From Candidatus Saccharimonadota bacterium (GTDB lineage: Bacteria; Patescibacteriota; Saccharimonadia; Saccharimonadales; UBA4665), in the NCBI GenBank assembly GCA_016700375.1, contig CP065016.1:660001-692000 (forward strand): 32,000 nucleotides of DNA, read 5' to 3'. Shown here piece by piece: positions 30,999 through 32,000 of this stretch (the stretch's first letter is position 1; each line of letters opens with the position of its first letter). A model generated the notes under the pieces. That model saw nothing but the letters and a program-made list of their open reading frames with translations, was not told the DNA's origin and ran no database searches. A program made the translations under genes and the position numbers.

Positions 30999-32000
30999 TT
31001 ACACACCACCCAACCCATTCTTTCCCGCTAATCCATAGATGGGCAGAAGAACTGCGGCAACTATGATGAATGCGACAATTCCAAGTAACACCATCATGAC
31101 GGGCTCTATGATAGAGGATATGGTTTCCACTTCTGTATCGACTTCTTTTTCGTAATAATCAGCAACTTTTGCCATCATCTGCTCAAGTGCACCCGATTGC
31201 TCGCCAATACGCATCATACTCGGCACCAGCGGGAGAAAGTGCGGATCATTTTCTAAACTATCGGCGAGACTTTTGCCTCCTTTGACTTTTTCCGAAGCTC
31301 TCATGATTGATTTTTCAATATGCACATTGTTGACTGCCTTAGAGGTAATGCTGAGCATCTGCAATAACGGAACACCGGTAGATACTAGCGTTGTGCCCGT
31401 ACGCGCAAATCTGGCCATGTAGACCTTCATAAAAAGGCTTCCTATGGGCCATGCGCTCATTTTCAGTTTATCAATCACCTCTTTGCCTGGGCCAGTGCGC
31501 GCCCAGCGCGTTGTAAAGAAAATTGCGAAACCGAACGCCAAAAGCATAACCCACCAAAAGTGGATGGTAAAATCAGAAATACTTAGTAGGACTCTGGTAA
31601 TTAGCGGTAACTGAGCGTTTTGCATACCGTCGTATATATTTTTTACCTGAGGCAACACCTTCACCACCATAAATCCCACAACTGCCATCATGACTAATAC
31701 AACAACGAGAGGATATATCATTGCACCTTTGATTTTTGCATTCAGGTCAGCTTCTTTCTCTTGTTGTACGGCAAGACGGTCAAGAGCTTGATCGAGCGTT
31801 CCCGATGATTCCCCGGCCGCAATCAACGCAATATAAACAGGGTTGAAAACGCGCGGAAATTTCCCCATAGCGGCCGCAAGCGTGCCACCACCTTCAACAT
31901 CTCCAATGACTTGACTCAACACTACCTTGAGCGGTTTACTCGTCGCCTGGCTGTTTACGCTCCTTAGCGCCTGCAGCAGGGGCAGGCCTGCATTAATAAG
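30999..32000 (-). CDS. pilC: type IV pilus platform protein (GspF/PilC family), N-terminus beyond the window
   Basis: T2SS-F repeat pattern (GESSGTLDQAL..., GEQSGALEQMM...) and three TM segments. The reading frame stays open to nt 32000. Confidence 0.85.
   Translation of the reverse strand, partial: LINAGLPLLQALRSVNSQATSKPLKVVLSQVIGDVEGGGTLAAAMGKFPRVFNPVYIALIAAGESSGTLDQALDRLAVQQEKEADLNAKIKGAMIYPLVVVLVMMAVVGFMVVKVLPQVKNIYDGMQNAQLPLITRVLLSISDFTIHFWWVMLLAFGFAIFFTTRWARTGPGKEVIDKLKMSAWPIGSLFMKVYMARFARTGTTLVSTGVPLLQMLSITSKAVNNVHIEKSIMRASEKVKGGKSLADSLENDPHFLPLVPSMMRIGEQSGALEQMMAKVADYYEKEVDTEVETISSIIEPVMMVLLGIVAFIIVAAVLLPIYGLAGKNGLGGV

Overview
The gene content suggests a small-genome bacterium, possibly a CPR/Saccharibacteria-like lineage. 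That placement is an inference from short housekeeping genes, a complete-looking type IV pilus cluster and many tiny intergenic gaps; nothing was searched. All calls are by eye, with no tools run.

Layout, left to right:
- 1-2879: right end of an integrated element. It holds a partial CDS, a small ORF, a terminase-small-subunit-like gene and a large serine recombinase whose ORF ends inside the T-loop of tRNA-Pro.
- 2880-3336: a ~400 nt ORF-poor, hairpin-rich region.
- 3337-13871: housekeeping and accessory genes. These are an asparaginase-domain protein, an M50 protease, rpmB, an MBL-fold protein, a wHTH regulator, miaA, an Atl-like protein, a RelE/RHH TA pair, two HAD paralogues (one split by an IS), thrS, a membrane protein and a cupin.
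- 13872-15021: a complex RNA/regulatory intergenic region that includes tRNA-Val.
- 15022-24151: nrdR, a GT2 synthase, mscL, VapBC, a parvulin, a bPH2 protein, a PfkB kinase and ndk, interleaved with tRNA-Gly, Thr, Asp and Arg.
- 24223-32000: xerC/D-like recombinase and a minus-strand type IV pilus operon (pilC, pilA, pilD, four minor pilins) carrying a fresh IS4-family insertion.

The most unusual signal is around the tRNA genes. Intact tRNA-Gly, Asp, Arg and Val are flanked by truncated copies of themselves or close paralogues. Breakpoints fall at position 34 or within the T-arm/T-loop (positions 53-58). The truncated copies are fused to ORF-free, hairpin-rich modules that recur between loci, including a 62-nt module that is 92% identical at two loci and shows a compensatory stem change. 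I could not assign these modules to any RNA or mobile-element class I know.
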